Assembly (NCBI GenBank): GCA_052327205.1
Contig: CM126206.1
Coordinates: 285,882,001-285,946,000 of the forward strand
Direction of reading: 5' to 3'
DNA: 64,000 bases
DNA from: Somniosus microcephalus
Lineage: Eukaryota
In this document: positions 1 through 13,119 of the stretch, in pieces
How the letters are laid out: each line of letters opens with the position of its first letter
Numbering within the stretch: the stretch's first letter is position 1
Made by a program: the position numbers and the translations under genes
Notes under the pieces: model-generated
Databases searched by the model: none
What the model saw: the letters and a program-made list of their open reading frames with translations, nothing else
What the model was told of the DNA's origin: nothing

Positions 1-211
1 AAAGCAGTGGTCACTGGCTGCAAAGTCTTTGGGATGTCCTGAGGATGTGGAAGGTTCTACATAAATGCGCATTCTTTTTTTCTTATCCAACTATTAACAG
101 TACAATGCACTAAAATAAATTTTAAACTAATGCAGCTGATAAAACATGGAATTTAGCAAAAAACTTCTCTACCAATTTTCTGCCACTTAGTATAACAGTA
201 CAAAGCAATCC

Positions 212-226
212 AGTGACATCTAGTGG
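212..226 (-). promoter_or_regulatory. CTCF-like motif
   Basis: Minus strand CCACTAGATGTCACT, one mismatch to consensus. Confidence 0.4.
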
Positions 227-455
227 CAGATAACCATGTTTGAGCTGAATTTCTATAAATAAGTCTTGCATAGATTCACGGATTTTACAGCACATTCGAC
301 ACTATGCTGGTGTTTATGCTCCACACGAGCCTCCTCTCACCTTACTTCATCTCATAAAATAAAATAATTTGAAAAAGATCTATCACAAGCTACTCTGAGC
401 TTGTCTCAGTGGTGCCACTTTTAGATTTTCTTTAGGACAGAATGCATTGTCTTAC

Positions 456-542
456 CTCATCAATTAAAACGAATACAAGGGATTCGGTGTCCGTAATTAA
501 GTCCCGAATGGTTTGAAACATCTTTGTAACAAGTTTTCCACT
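456..542 (-). CDS. TRIP13: TRIP13 coding exon 8 (SGKLVTKMFQTIRDLITDTESLVFVLIDE, Walker B)
   Basis: Minus-strand translation matches human TRIP13 SGKLVTKMFQKIQDLIDDKDALVFVLIDE; cag acceptor and gtaag donor; 87 nt, phase 0/0. Gene continues beyond the left edge. Confidence 0.97.
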
Positions 543-1174
543 CTGTTTAATAAGATATTTTAAAATTAAAGTTGTTAGTATTAACACACCTCACTGTTGC
601 TCTAAAGTTAGCCAAGATTCTCCAGAAAAAAAAAAGTTCTAACATAGCGGTGACACAAAACATGTGCAAGATTTTTATGCCTTTTTCCCCATTTCTGTTA
701 CACAAATTGGTAACCATGGTGAACTGGTACCTGCCAATCTGATCTGTTTACCATTCCAAAGGTTTGCCTGAGTGACCTTGCATTCAGTCATTACTAAAAA
801 CAGATAGTGGTTTAATAACACCACACTTTCTAGATAAATACGACTAGTTTACTTCGAATCAACTCTTATGCAACACAAATGTATGTGTTGACCGTTGCAG
901 AGAATATTGAAGAAAAATTAAACATCAATATTACCCAAAAATCATAACGTAGGCTGTAGGCACAAGAGGTTTAGGAAATGTTAGTTAATAATTATATTAA
1001 ATAATCAGCTATTTGTGCTTGAGAAGATCATCAATATTTAACAATAATATGATTGTATGAGAATAAGTTATTAAAAAAAAAAATTCTGGCTTGAAAAGGT
1101 AAAGCTTTAAAGATTACAAAATGTTGTCACAAGAAAATAATCTAAATGGTGTGAAAATGTATGGGGAGATTTAC

Positions 1175-1238
1175 CTCAGAAAACCATTTAGAGAAGAGGC
1201 TGTGGCTGTTTATTTCTATTAGCTGTCCATACCGGTAC
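1175..1238 (-). CDS. TRIP13: TRIP13 coding exon 7 (YRYGQLIEINSHSLFSKWFSE, pore loop)
   Basis: Identical to the human motif; tttcag acceptor, gtaaat donor; 64 nt. Confidence 0.97.
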
Positions 1239-2169
1239 CTGAAACACATACAGTTGCAATAACACATTCTCTTAAATTTTATTTTAAAAAGTCTTCAAGT
1301 TAATTGGCAATCGAATCCTCACAGCAATTAATGACCAGTAAATACTTCCATCAATATAAAGAGAAGTGATCTGGGAACTGCTCGGTTCTCTGAATTGTGG
1401 CTATTTTGTGTGTTCCCAGCTACAAAATAATTTCACATTCGGACATAAAAGTGACACAATAAAAAGTCTGACACTAGGTTACAATCAATGATTGATGTCA
1501 CGAGAGAGCAGAGGTTAAAGCACGATAAAAGCTATAGTCACTGAACACACCCACAGTCACACCGTGCAAATTCTCAAGCCACCACTGCTGCTACCCCATC
1601 TAAGATGCCACAGGCTTAATACTGGAGTGAAGGACAGAGCTGAATAACCGTGTTGCTACACTGAAAGTTTGAGGTCAAATACACATTGGAATCCAAATTT
1701 AACAAATCTAAAAGTTACGAGGCTGACCAAAAACAGTTGTCACTTTGTGTTGTGCGCGAGATATACATTTATAAATACATTAATAATCCTGAGAACATGA
1801 CTTTCATCCCATCATGCTGGGGTGTATTCAAACTCATTCCAGAGATGAAATTTTAGAACTTGTATGCTAACCCACTATCACGCAGACCCCTTATTTGGGA
1901 AATAGTTGAATTAATCAAAATGTTAGGGTTCTACAATATTATCCACATATTGTGCAACAATATTTTGGGTGCCAACTCCTCTTTCCCTTCCCCTCTCCCA
2001 TAATGTCCATGAAAATAGCCATCAATTAAGTAAGGGCCAGTCACCTGCTTTACTTCCAGCAAAGAATATATATATATTTTTTTTAATTGTGAGCAATTAA
2101 CAATGCAGAACACTACAAACTTCTCAAAATATGCTTCGTTCAATATAACATTAGTTTTGTGGAGCTCAC

Positions 2170-2242
2170 CGGTGAGAAAATCGAATGGTGAGTTTTTGAG
2201 CCAGTGCTTTACACAAAGATGTTTTACCAGTTCCTGGGGGAC
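2170..2242 (-). CDS. TRIP13: TRIP13 coding exon 6 ([25 protein letters not shown], Walker A)
   Basis: GPPGTGKT P-loop; cag acceptor, gtgagc donor; 73 nt; phases fit both neighbours. Confidence 0.97.
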
Positions 2243-2299
2243 CTGCGTTAAGAAGAGAAGACAAAGAAGTTTCAACATTTATGTTATGATTATTATTGA

Positions 2300-2506
2300 G
2301 TTATGATCTGGAATGCACTGCCTGAAAGGGCGGTGGAAGCAGATTCAATAGTAACTTTCAAAAAGGGATTGGATAAATACTTTAAAAGAAACAAAGTGTA
2401 GGACTATGGGGAGAGAGCAGGGAGAGTGGGACTCATTGGATAGTTCTTTCAAAGAGCTGGCATAGGCATGATGGGCCGAATGGTTTCCCATGCTGTATGA
2501 TTCTAT
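2300..2506 (+). mobile_element. CR1 LINE 3' end
   Basis: WNALPERAVEADSIVTFKRDW-like ORF2 end and ...ggccgaatgg...tgctgtatgattctat tail. Confidence 0.8.
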
Positions 2507-3924
2507 TTGGGCAACTGGGCCTCGGCTGACTTTTCCCACCTCCCTCGCAGCTGGGCTGTGTCCACACAGGCACCCGCAGTAGCCCCTCCCATATTGCTAA
2601 ATGAACCATTCTTCACGCCAGCATAGACACGGCCTTCGAAGGTCCATCAGCTATGGTATCACAATGAAGCACAATCTATTCCTCAACCAATGTCCATACA
2701 CATGCACTTTACAGTGGGAGACGCTCGGCAGCAATGACCAGCAGGAATTCAGCCCGAATGCTGAAGTAATTTTTTTTAAGCTGGTTTTTTATACACTGTG
2801 TTTTATGCAATGCTTTAACACACTATGCCTAACTCCCTTGGCCCGAGTCCCAATAAGTAAAGAGCACATTTGAATTGGTTATTCACCTCAAAGCACTCCA
2901 TCATTTGCTCCTTAAATTTGAGAGACAGTCTTTCTCTATTATTCAAAGCCCTACTGTTCCACTGGAAGAGTCACTTGCTGTATCAGTCACGTGAACCTCA
3001 GACTGTATCTATGCAGATAGTTCTAGCAGGTACTCTGCTTAGACGCTGGAATACAGTACTGTATAGACACTCAGAGTACCGCAATGACTTTGCATCTTAC
3101 AACATTTCACAATACTTTTCAAAAGCAATTACCTAAGAGAATATTCTACTAGTCAATTGGAATGCTGCTTGTGCACGAGATTTAGAGCGGTAAGTAGTAG
3201 GGTAAATAAGATACAAGACAGAGAGTTGCTCTACAAATTACTCATAGGTCTTGATCTATGTGACATTGTAATCCTTTGATTTGTCATTCTCAGCTATCTA
3301 ACTTACTGTGCAAATTACGTTTCCCTCCAATTTTCTCCCCTCCTGTCTTGTATCATTGACTCCTGACGATTTCCATGGTGCAGGCCACCCTCTGGTTCCA
3401 CATCCAAGTGGCCATTCTTCACGTGTGATCCTAGGCAGAATGCCTGCATGCTATTCAACCACAGAGGGCATCACAATACCTTCCCCAGATATCTAACTAT
3501 GCACATTTTCCAATAGGAATCACTGAAAAAAGATCAGATGCGAGAACCCTGGCCGATTTTTCTCCTTCCTAACCCAGAGGGCCGATAGGAAAATAGGATG
3601 ATGGTATAGGAGTAGACCATTCAGCCCCTCAAGTCTATTCCGCCATTCAATTGGCTCATGGCTGATCTGTACCTGATGAAATACTTCTCCAAACATTGGA
3701 TATGCATCAAATTAAACTTGGTAGTATGCATTACAACTTGTACATACTGCAATAATTGCTGTAGTATTATGCAATAGTACAAAGATCCATCTCTTTAACC
3801 ATGAATTTCACCTTGTCATGCCACTGACCCATCAATAAACAGGTTCATGATGTTTGATCTTCTAACATGACTATAGAAGGTGCCCGTGTGGAGTCGTGAA
3901 GATTCCAAGTTTGGGCAGGACACA

Positions 3925-4870
3925 CAACTTACATTTATATAGTGCATTTAACGTAGCAAAACATTTTGACAACGAGCCACAGGAGGAGTTATCTGGACAG
4001 ATGGCCAAAAGCTTGGTCACAGGTAGGTTTTAAGGCGCTTCTTAAAGGAGGAGAGATAGGTAGAGAGACGGAGAGGTCTAGGGAGGAAATTCTAGAGCTT
4101 AGGGCCAAGGCAGCCGAAAGCACGGCCACCAATGGTGGAGCAATTAAAATCAGGGATGCGCAAGGGGCCAGAATTGGTGGAGCGCAGAGATCTCGAAGGC
4201 TTGTCGGTTTGGAGGAGGTTACAGAAATATGGAAGGGTGAGGCTATGGAGGGATTTGAAAACAAGGTTCAGGATTTTAAAATTGAGGCGCTGTTGGACAT
4301 GGAGCCAGTGTATGTCAGCAAGCACAGGGGTGATGGATGAACAAGACTTGGAGCGAGTCAAGATGTGGGCAGCAGAGTTATGGATGAGTACAAGTTTATG
4401 GAGGGTGGAAGGTGGGAGGCCGGCCTGGAGAACATTGGGATAGTCGAGTCTCGAGGTAACAAAGGCATGGCTGAGAGTTTCAGCAGCAGATGAGCCGAGC
4501 CGAGTCAGGCGATGTTACGGAGGTGGATGTGGTCGGAAGCTCATATTGGGGTCAAAAACACCAAGGTTGCAAATGGTCTAGTTCAGCTTCAATTACTTGC
4601 CAGGGATGGAAACGGTGGCCAGGGAATGGAGTTTGTGGTGGGGACCAAAGACAATGGTTTCAGTCTGCCCAATATTTAGTTGGAGGAAATTTCTGCTCAT
4701 CCAATATTGGATGTCGGACAAGCAGTGTGACAGATCAGAGACAGTGGAGGGGAGGTAGAGCAGAGTGTCCTCAGCATACATGTGGAATCTGATGTTGTGT
4801 TTTCATATGATATCGCTGAGGGTATCATGTAGATGAGAAATAGAAGGGGGCCAAGGATAGATCTTCCTAA
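3925..4870 (-). mobile_element. L2 LINE 3' fragment
   Basis: Minus-strand frames give GSILGPLLFLIYM, YAEDT, LQLNIGQTE, ITPVLADIHWL (L2 RT C-terminus). Confidence 0.88.
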
Positions 4871-5050
4871 ATGGGTAATGAGAGCTGGAGGGATTCGAGA
4901 CCTATAACAGCGAATGCCTAGACATGCAGGGCTGGTCCCTAGATACATGGCTGGTACCAATATTAGCAGGAGATAAAACAAGATGAATGGGCTGGAACAG
5001 CACAAGAACACAAAAGGGATTGGTATTGATTGCAAAGAGCCAAGACTGAC

Positions 5051-5141
5051 CGTGGAGTAACACCACTCGATTCCAGGTAATCAGATTGCTATCAACTTCT
5101 CGGTCAGAAAACAGCAAGGTGGTTGAGACGTAGTCAAGTAA
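5051..5141 (-). CDS. TRIP13: TRIP13 coding exon 5 (LLDYVSTTLLFSDREVDSNLITWNRVVLLH)
   Basis: Matches human LLDYVMTTLLFSDKNVNSNLITWNRVVLLH; ttacag acceptor, gtcagt donor; 91 nt. Confidence 0.97.
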
Positions 5142-5244
5142 CTGTAAGAAATAAAGATATAAATTTAAAGGTTATCACTTACCGGAATATCAAAATAAAA
5201 TGTATTCAAAATATATCAAAGTGCAGAAATTCAGTAAGATTAAA

Positions 5245-5875
5245 AATCTATTGATCTCAGCCTTGAACATACTCAACAACTGAGCATCCACAGCCCTCTG
5301 GGGCAGAGAATTCCAAAGATTCACAACCCTCTGAGTGAAGAAATTCCTCCTCATCTCAATCTTAAATGGCTGTCCCCTTATCCTGAGGCTATGCCCCCTA
5401 GTTCTAGACTCTCAGCATCTACCTTGTCAGTCCCCCTCAGAATCTTATGTTTCAATGAGATCACCTCTCATTCTTCTAAACTGCAGAGAGTTTAGGCCCA
5501 ATCTACTCAATCTCTCATCATAGGACAGCCCTCTCACCCCAGGAATCAATCTAGTGAACCTTTGTTGCACTGCCTCTGAGGCAAGTATATCTTTCCTTAC
5601 GATAAGGAGACCAAAACTGTGCACAGTACTCCAGGTGTGGTCTCACCAAGGCCCTGTGCAATCATAGTAAGACTTACCCTTAAGAGTTGGGATTAATATT
5701 GTGGAGAATGTTTGAGAGCAAAAGGATCTAGGGGTATAGATTCACAAATCATTAAAAGTAGCAGCGCAGGTTAAAAAAAGCCATAAAAGTGTAAATAAAG
5801 CACTGGGATTTATTTCTAGGGAAATAGAAATCAAAAGCATAGAAGTTATGTTAAACCTGTATAGAACCTTGTCTG
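5245..5875. mobile_element. CR1 fragments (minus 5245-5677, plus ~5690-5875)
   Basis: CR1 ORF2 motifs (RPHLEYC, RVVNLWNSLP) on opposite strands. Confidence 0.75.
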
Positions 5876-6999
5876 ATTGTCTCATGATTTGAGACAGTGG
5901 GATGGCAATATGGCATTACTGTATATATGCTTTTAAGTGATTGCTGTTGTTGTAAAAGTTGTTGTTAAAGGAAAATTTGCCCACAGACAAAAGGGTTGCG
6001 CTCAAAGGAGTTCGTGGCCCACTCAGTACAAAACAAAATTAGAGGGAACATTGCCTACAACTCTCCTATGCCCCCCTTTAAGATCCTCCCGAAAACCCAC
6101 TTCTTTGACCAAGCTGTTGGCCGCAATGTTCCCTCAAATTTTTATTTTAGGTACACAGTCCCTTTAAATTTGTTCCGCGGCTGCGCATGCGCGGTATCTT
6201 TTCCAGCGTTACAGCTGGTGAGCGGCCTGCGCGAGACCTTCCGATCGCTGCGTGGCCATGCGGCTTAAGGGGAATGTTTATTGGCCGCCCCTCTTAAATC
6301 TCTCCTTTGGCTCGAAGCGCCTTGGGCCGGTTTTCTACATTAAAGGCGCTATATGTGCAAGTTGTTGTATAGAATTTGGGATGACCACACCCCTTGTGTT
6401 TATCTGGAATTTGGGATAAATCAAATTTCTATTAGTCAGCAACCAACAACCAATTTTCAATCTGAATACAGTCTGAGGGTACAGTACATGCTTCTGTACG
6501 AGTAAAACCTTAAAACACCGATAACTGGCTGGGGGTTATTACATAAAAAAGGGGAAGAGAATATAAAAAAGGAAAATTCTGACACTAATTCCCCTCAATG
6601 CATTTGACAGTGTGCATTCTAAATACAATTCCTTCTGCAACTTAGATACTGCTATAGAAACTTTTATTTATTGAAAACCGAGTTGGCACCACTATTTGGA
6701 AAACAGAATATTTTGTAAGGGACCATTCTGTGATGGCACTGAAGAATCAAATACATTTTTAAAGAAGCTGTGGTACATTGATACAGACATGAAAAGCTGA
6801 TTTAGAAAAAGCTAATCAGGAGACAGGTCCATGTTAAATTATTAAACTACTTTCAGTTATGTCAACAAATCTTGATAGGTTAAATATTCCTTAACACAAA
6901 TGTAGTGCAGACCTATAGCAAAAAACAATTAGCCAGAAGCATTTCAAGCAGTTTTTCCATTATAGCCAGGGTATTATTGCAACTTTTGAAGGCACTTAC

Positions 7000-7055
7000 T
7001 TGTGATTTAACCTCGCTATCATATACCAAGCTCTCCCAGAGACCATGGAATTCAC
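7000..7055 (-). CDS. TRIP13: TRIP13 coding exon 4 (EFHGLWESLVYDSEVKSQ)
   Basis: Matches human EFHGLWDSLVYDVEVKSH; tgtag acceptor, gtaagt donor; 56 nt. Confidence 0.96.
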
Positions 7056-7222
7056 CTACAAAGAGGGGATTAAAAACTATACTTAGTGAAGGACGTAAAG
7101 TGCATTAAATTTCAAGTATGGTAAGAATTTTAGCTCACAAGAGCTGAAAACGTGCAGTTCTTTTTCTACAATAATTCCCATTTTTAATAGAAAATTCAGT
7201 CTACACATTCTTAAAGACAATA

Positions 7223-7558
7223 CAGGAAACTTTGGTTTATCTAGAGGTTATATGTCTGGAATACTCGATCTAACAGCAAAAATCAGGAGCCGTTTTCTAT
7301 ATGTTTTTTTTAGTTCTTGTTGCTTTTTTCCCCCCCAGTCAAGCACTGCAAGGTCTGTAGCTATAGCAACAGCTTCAGCTACAGGCGCTTGCAGCTGCAG
7401 CCGACTGTTTTGAAGCTGTTGCTAAGCAACAGGGTTTGTTGATTCACACGGAGCTTCTCAGTTCCGTATGTTTAAACATTAACTCTGGTATGTCCGGCAC
7501 TTTTGATGTTACGGCACCAGCTCGGTCCCGTCAGTGCCGGATATCAGAAAGTTTCCTG
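7223..7558. mobile_element. Tc1/pogo(Tigger)-like MITE, family A
   Basis: TIR caggaaacttt/aaagtttcctg with TA TSD; internal homology to copies at 11051, 44046 and 61964. Confidence 0.85.
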
Positions 7559-8072
7559 TAAATAGCCAGCTCACTATGATGGCTATGATTGTTATAACAT
7601 ACTATACAAATTAACATTGACCACGCATATTTAGCCAATATATGCCTGCCAACATAATAATGTACCATTAGATGCTAAAATGGTTTGTAAATTCAGTACT
7701 GTACATTATCCAACTATAAATAAGAGGATACAGTGGACATTTTGTAAAATGGATTGTGAAGGTTTATTGATGGTTGCAAAACAGCCGTTAACCCAAAGAG
7801 CACTAAAGGAGAGTTTGAACATATGTTGAAGTGCTTATTCCAAGGATTCTATGAATAAAGAAATGTTCTAATTCTGGTCGGTGCTGCAACTATCAGATGA
7901 CTTTGTTATACTTGCTCTAGGAATGTGGGCAATTTTTGCCCAATCCAGTTGCCCTGAGAAAATGCTGGTGGGATAGTGACTTTAAAAAAAAATACAATTA
8001 AGTGGCTTGCTAGGGACATTTCAAAGTTTTAAAATGTATATATAGGGCCTACAGCCATAAATTGAGATACTA

Positions 8073-8567
8073 CAGGTAGACTACCCTTTATCCGGACTTC
8101 CGAAAACCGAAACCCTCTAAAAACCGGTGGTTTTTTCGGTCAGCGTAAGTCGTGCGCACGACATGACCAGAGTGGCGCACGACTTACAGGCCTAGCCGGA
8201 TAAGGGATAGTGTAGCATTTTTCCGCACTTCTGAAAACCGAAATCGCTCAGCGTAAGTGTACCAGCCTTTATCCGCACATCCGAAACCAGAAAACCTCTG
8301 AAAGCCGAAAGTGGCGCAAAGCATGACTTCTGAAAACCGAAATCGCTCAGCGTAAGTCGTGCGCACGACCCCGACCCCCGCGCCGAACCCCACCTCAGCC
8401 GACCCCCACCCTTTCGGATAAGGGATAGTGCATCCTTTATCCGCACTCCCGCAAACCAAATTACTCTGAAAACCGAAGTGTTTTCGCGCACCTTCCGAAA
8501 TCTGAAATTTTCCTAAAACCGAAACACGGCTGGTCCCGAGGTTTTCGGATAAAGGATAGTCTACCTG
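8073..8567. mobile_element. Tigger-like MITE, family B, with internal repeats
   Basis: 22-bp TIR caggtagactaccctttatccg / cggataaaggatagtctacctg with TA TSD; internal repeats tctgaaaaccgaaatcgctcagcgtaagt and cggataagggatagtg. Confidence 0.88.
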
Positions 8568-8826
8568 TATTGTTAAGTCATACAGCACAGAAGGAAGCTA
8601 TTCTACCCATTGTGCGTGTGCCGGCTCTTTGGTAGAGCTATCCAATTAATCCCACTTCCCTACTCTTTCCCTATAGCCCTGCAAATTTTTCCTCTTTAAG
8701 TATACATCAAATTCCCTTTTGAAAGTTACTATTGAATCTGCTTCCACCCTTTCAGGCAGTGCATTCCACAACCTTCTGACACAGAAGCGAGAGCGCTACC
8801 ACTGAACCATAGCTGACATTGTAACA

Positions 8827-8932
8827 TCTGATGAAAGGTCATAGACCTGAAATGTTAACTTCATTTCTCTCTCCACAGATGCTGCCTGACCCGCTGAACG
8901 TTTATATTTTGTATTTTATTTCAGATTTCCAG
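8827..8932 (+). mobile_element. Penelope-like pLTR 3' fragment starting at a degenerate hammerhead motif
   Basis: CTGATGAaaggtcatagacctGAAATGTTaact...ctccacagatgctgcctgacc...tttcagatttccag. Confidence 0.7.
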
Positions 8933-9147
8933 TGTACGTTCTAATTTCTAAGTTCCACGAAGAAACAGATCCATTACAAAACATGGTGGGCTGCTTTATT
9001 ATTTACTGGGAATTGTTCAGCCTGGATCCCTTTAACGCAAACAAAAGAGAGTTGCTATCTGCTGGGATTGTCCCAGTCTGCTAGTGCACCCAGTTAACCA
9101 GCTTCACAGTACAGGAGCAGACTGTAATAGGGTTTTGTGGTACATAC

Positions 9148-9277
9148 CGGCAGGTAGGAGCCAGTTGTTTGATGCTGGCATGTTCTCCTCTTCCCCCTCC
9201 AAAATCTCAGAGGATGGACCTTCCTCATTCAGACGAAATATATAAATTGAAAGATTGGCTTTTGTCAGCTCAACGGG
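9148..9277 (-). CDS. TRIP13: TRIP13 coding exon 3 (PVELTKANLSIYIFRLNEEGPSSEILEGEEENMPASNNWLLPA)
   Basis: Lies within ORF 9104..9316; homologous to human PIDLSAC...HWVLPA; cacag acceptor, gtatgt donor; 130 nt. Confidence 0.96.
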
Positions 9278-10617
9278 CTGTGAGAGAGAATGAAGAGGAT
9301 GGTTTAATAGCACCAAGCGTAATTGATGATTCTGAAAAATTACAAGTCTTGTAGTTTTTGGGTTCTGTATCCACTAGGTAGAAGTAACTGGGAAAAGTAA
9401 ACCCATCTTTTAAAGGGCATTAGAGTGGAATGAAGAAAATCTTTTCTTTTTTAAATAAAAACCACCCATACAAAATTGGCATCATCCATTTTTCCCACAC
9501 CGAGTTAACTTTAAACACATATACACAGAAGACCTCTAGAGGTAAAATTGATATTCCATTTGCAACACTGGTCATTAATTCACTTGCACTCATGCTTTAT
9601 TCTTTTAGCTCATCTACAGAGCATGGATCAACTTCCACAAGTCTCTGCAAAATATTCTTTAGAAGTAACATTTTAAATTAGTTAACCATTGCTGTCCATT
9701 CAGAAATTTAAGTATTTATCAAATAATTATTAAAATGTTTATATTTTGTATTTTATGTTAAAATACTGTTGTGACAGACACCAACATTTAAAACATTTAA
9801 GTAGAGTGCTGAATTTTGTCATATAGCTCAACATCATGTGGCAGAAACAGGAGTGATTTTATGATACTACTAGACCAAGTTAAGGGAAATCAAATCACAG
9901 GAAGAGAAAGATTTAATAAAAAATATTGCATTTAATTTTTGCATATATATAGCAGTCAATATTACATACAAAATTGAAGTGGTAGGGTATATGTTTGCAG
10001 CGATTTATTTACTATACAATCAACTCACATGGGGAGATGCTTCTCTGCTTGTAGTGCCCAACACATTAAACCTCTGGTTCTTTTAATGGGTTGTATTTCA
10101 AACATGAAAACATAACGGCCACAACATTTTTGGTGGGCCACTGCACTGTCAGAACTGCGGTGGGATGAGACTTCCACTCGCCACTCTGTTCCGGCGCCTA
10201 CTCCATCGCAAATCCCAGGCATGGGATCATTTACATTAGGCACCCTTTACTGGGCTCCCTGGGCCTTTGTCCAGCAAAGGTAGGGTTCGCGGTCAAGAAT
10301 ATCAGAACAGCACATTATGGCTGAAGATTTGAATCCTTTGTCAAAATATGCAGCAAATGTCTTTCTTTCCAGTTTCCTGCCGGCATTCAATCACATTGGG
10401 AAATGGCACTGTATTCCCCCCCCACCCTCCCACTTTATGTCTCTGTGCTACAAGTATGCATCATGCAGGCACACTTTACTTTGGCTTCCACAGAGGTGAA
10501 ACTGGTGCGAATTCTGGTGGGGCTTGATCCTGCCACTGCCACTTCTCGCAACGACGTCAGAGGAATTTCAACGCCATTACTTGCAACATCATGGCTTGTG
10601 CCACAGACACAAAAGAT

Positions 10618-10955
10618 AGACAAAAGCAAAATACTGCTGAAGCTGGAAATCTGAAATAAAACAGAAAACGCTGGAAATGCTCAGCAGGTCAGGCAGCCTC
10701 TGTGGAGAGAGAAACAGAGTTAACGTTTCAGGTCGATGGCCCTTCGTCAGAACTGGAAAAAGCTGGCGATGGAACAGGTTTTTAAGCAAGCGCAGGGGCA
10801 AAAAAGGGGGGAGGGGAGGAAAGAACAAAAGGGAAGGTCTGTGATAGGATGGCAGGCAGGAGAGATCAAGAGACATTAAGAGATGGTGCCAGGCAAAAGG
10901 AGATGGTAATGGGACAAGTTAAGAAACAAAAGATGACACTAGATGAAGTGTAAAT
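10618..10955 (-). mobile_element. Penelope-like pLTR fragment with hammerhead motif (~10718-10754)
   Basis: Minus strand reads agttCTGACGAagggccatcgacctGAAACGTTaact, followed by the same 3' segment as the 21-22 kb element. Confidence 0.8.
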
Positions 10956-11050
10956 CATATGGGTAAAAACAATCTATTTAATATCTACAATCTGTCCCAT
11001 TGACAGACCCCAGTTATACTGCCGGCTGCATTTTGTATTGAATTCAGCTA

Positions 11051-11366
11051 CAGGAAACTTTTTTTAAAATCTGGCACCGACGGGGTGCCGTTTCATCAAA
11101 AATTCTGGATAACCGAAAGCTATAGTAAAAGGTACGGAGCTGAGAGCTCCGTATAAAGCAACAAACCCTGTTGCTTAGCAACAGGTTCAGAACAATGGCC
11201 ACAAGTTCCAAGCATCTCTGTAGCTTAGCAACAGCTGCAGCCACACCCTTGCACAGCAACAGATCGAGGAAGGCAAGTAATAAAACTTACCTGAACCTAC
11301 TCCTGAAGTTTGCCGGTTAACCAAGATTTCCGGTTATTTAGGTGCCGGTAAATCGAAAGTTTCCTG
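11051..11366. mobile_element. Tigger-like MITE, family A
   Basis: TA-caggaaacttt ... aaagtttcctg-TA. Confidence 0.85.
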
Positions 11367-11987
11367 TACAAAGCAGTTAATGCTCACGTGCTTGAGCACA
11401 TGGCTTTCCGACTCTAGGGGACTACCTCTTAACGTTGGGAGATTGTGGACAGGAGCAAACGCTTTCTCTCGATATCAAAAGGATTGGGAAAGTAAGTTTA
11501 TAAAATCCAGAGGACTTTTTAAAAGCAGCTTTTCACCAAGCTGTAATTATACTGCACAAGCTCCGAGCAACGCGGTACCACCTACTCGCGTGGTCTCAGA
11601 TCACTTGCAAGTCAATTATGCTCCCACTTTCACGCTGGTGTGCTTAACATCCAAAGTCACTGCACTGATGCAAAAGTGGCAAAATAACTGCTTGCTAACC
11701 TGGCTGCCAGCTGCTTCAGTACATCAATTCACATAGTTATACTGGCAGGTGTCAGCAAGCAGAGCATCATCTCGAATGGATAATAATGCAACAGAAAAAG
11801 AGAAAATGACATTCAAATTGTAGTGCAAGCCTATTTTCTTTATATGCTTGGCTGGGAAATAAAGAGAAGCACTTCTATCACGTTAAGTGACTCATCTCAG
11901 GTCACTCAATTCCAAAATATCATTTTTTGAATTCTTACAAAAGTTCCTGCCTAACAATTTTAATCTTTCCCTCTCTCGACCTCTTAC

Positions 11988-12153
11988 CTGTCTCTCCTTA
12001 ATTGTAAGATCTGTGTCTACGATGCTCACAGAGTTTACGTTCCTCGCCAGAAATTCGTCATCAAATTCCATCCAGGCATAATCTCCGAACACCACTCTGT
12101 GTCTGCTTAGCAGCTGCAGCACACTCTGCCTCACATCTTCTTGCTTCACAGTA
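11988..12153 (-). CDS. TRIP13: TRIP13 coding exon 2 (TVKQEDVRQSVLQLLSRHRVVFGDYAWMEFDDEFLARNVNSVSIVDTDLTIKERQ)
   Basis: Overlaps ORF 11892..12149; matches the human N-terminal domain; tttatag acceptor, gtaaga donor; 166 nt. Confidence 0.97.
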
Positions 12154-13119
12154 CTATAAAAACAGAACTAAACCATGTAAAATGGCTGCTGCAAATGTGT
12201 AATTTACTTGCTGCATTTTAAATTAAAAAGCAGCGTCATTTTATTTAAAGATTTCTGGCGTGTTTCATTTTTGATTTATTGCCAGGGACTTACTAATTGT
12301 GTTTGCATTTTCATAGACTGAAATGTAATTTCTACTTTCTGTAGTGTTAATCCCATCTAGTTCTACGTTTGCATATTTGTGTATTTGAATGTCGTATTTT
12401 TACTTGTACATTTTAATGTAATTAGTCGATCTCCTGTGGGGTTGCACACGATGAGTCAAGACCAAAAGTCGTCTTCAGATGAAGATTAAGCAGAGCAGGG
12501 CCTGCAGACATAATTCAGCCCCCATTTTATTAAAGTTATACATTCTGTCCTTATTTTTATATTTCAATTATAAATTCCTATTTACATTGTAAACTGCCTA
12601 TTTAAACGTAGCGTGTTGTAATTACAGCCTTCTGCCAGTGGTGGCACTGCAGTGCTTCCACCAGAAGGAGGGCGCAATTACAGCGTGACAGGTTTACATA
12701 GGCCGTTTCCATTATGTGACGCAGGAATTTATAAATGGAAAATATTGACCGGAAGTGCACGCAGACATAAGATTTTTAATATATTGATATTTCTTAATTG
12801 AAAATTTCTACTTCAAAAGAAATGAGAGATTAAAACCTTGTTTCAAACAGTTCAGGAGTTATTTTGGAGCTTTATTATGTGATCAAAGGACTTAGTTTGA
12901 TGCTCTGCTTGAATCATTATACAGTATTGCAATACACCGAGATACAAGGCACTGATAGCAAAAGTGGGAAAACAAGACAAAACCTACTGTCTTACCAGAA
13001 ACAAGAATTTAATGTAGTGAACCATCAAAAACTGTTATAATTCTTTAGAAAATGTCCTTATAAAAGGGCAATTAACCCATTATAGACTCTGACATTCAAT
13101 GTATATTTAGATATACATG

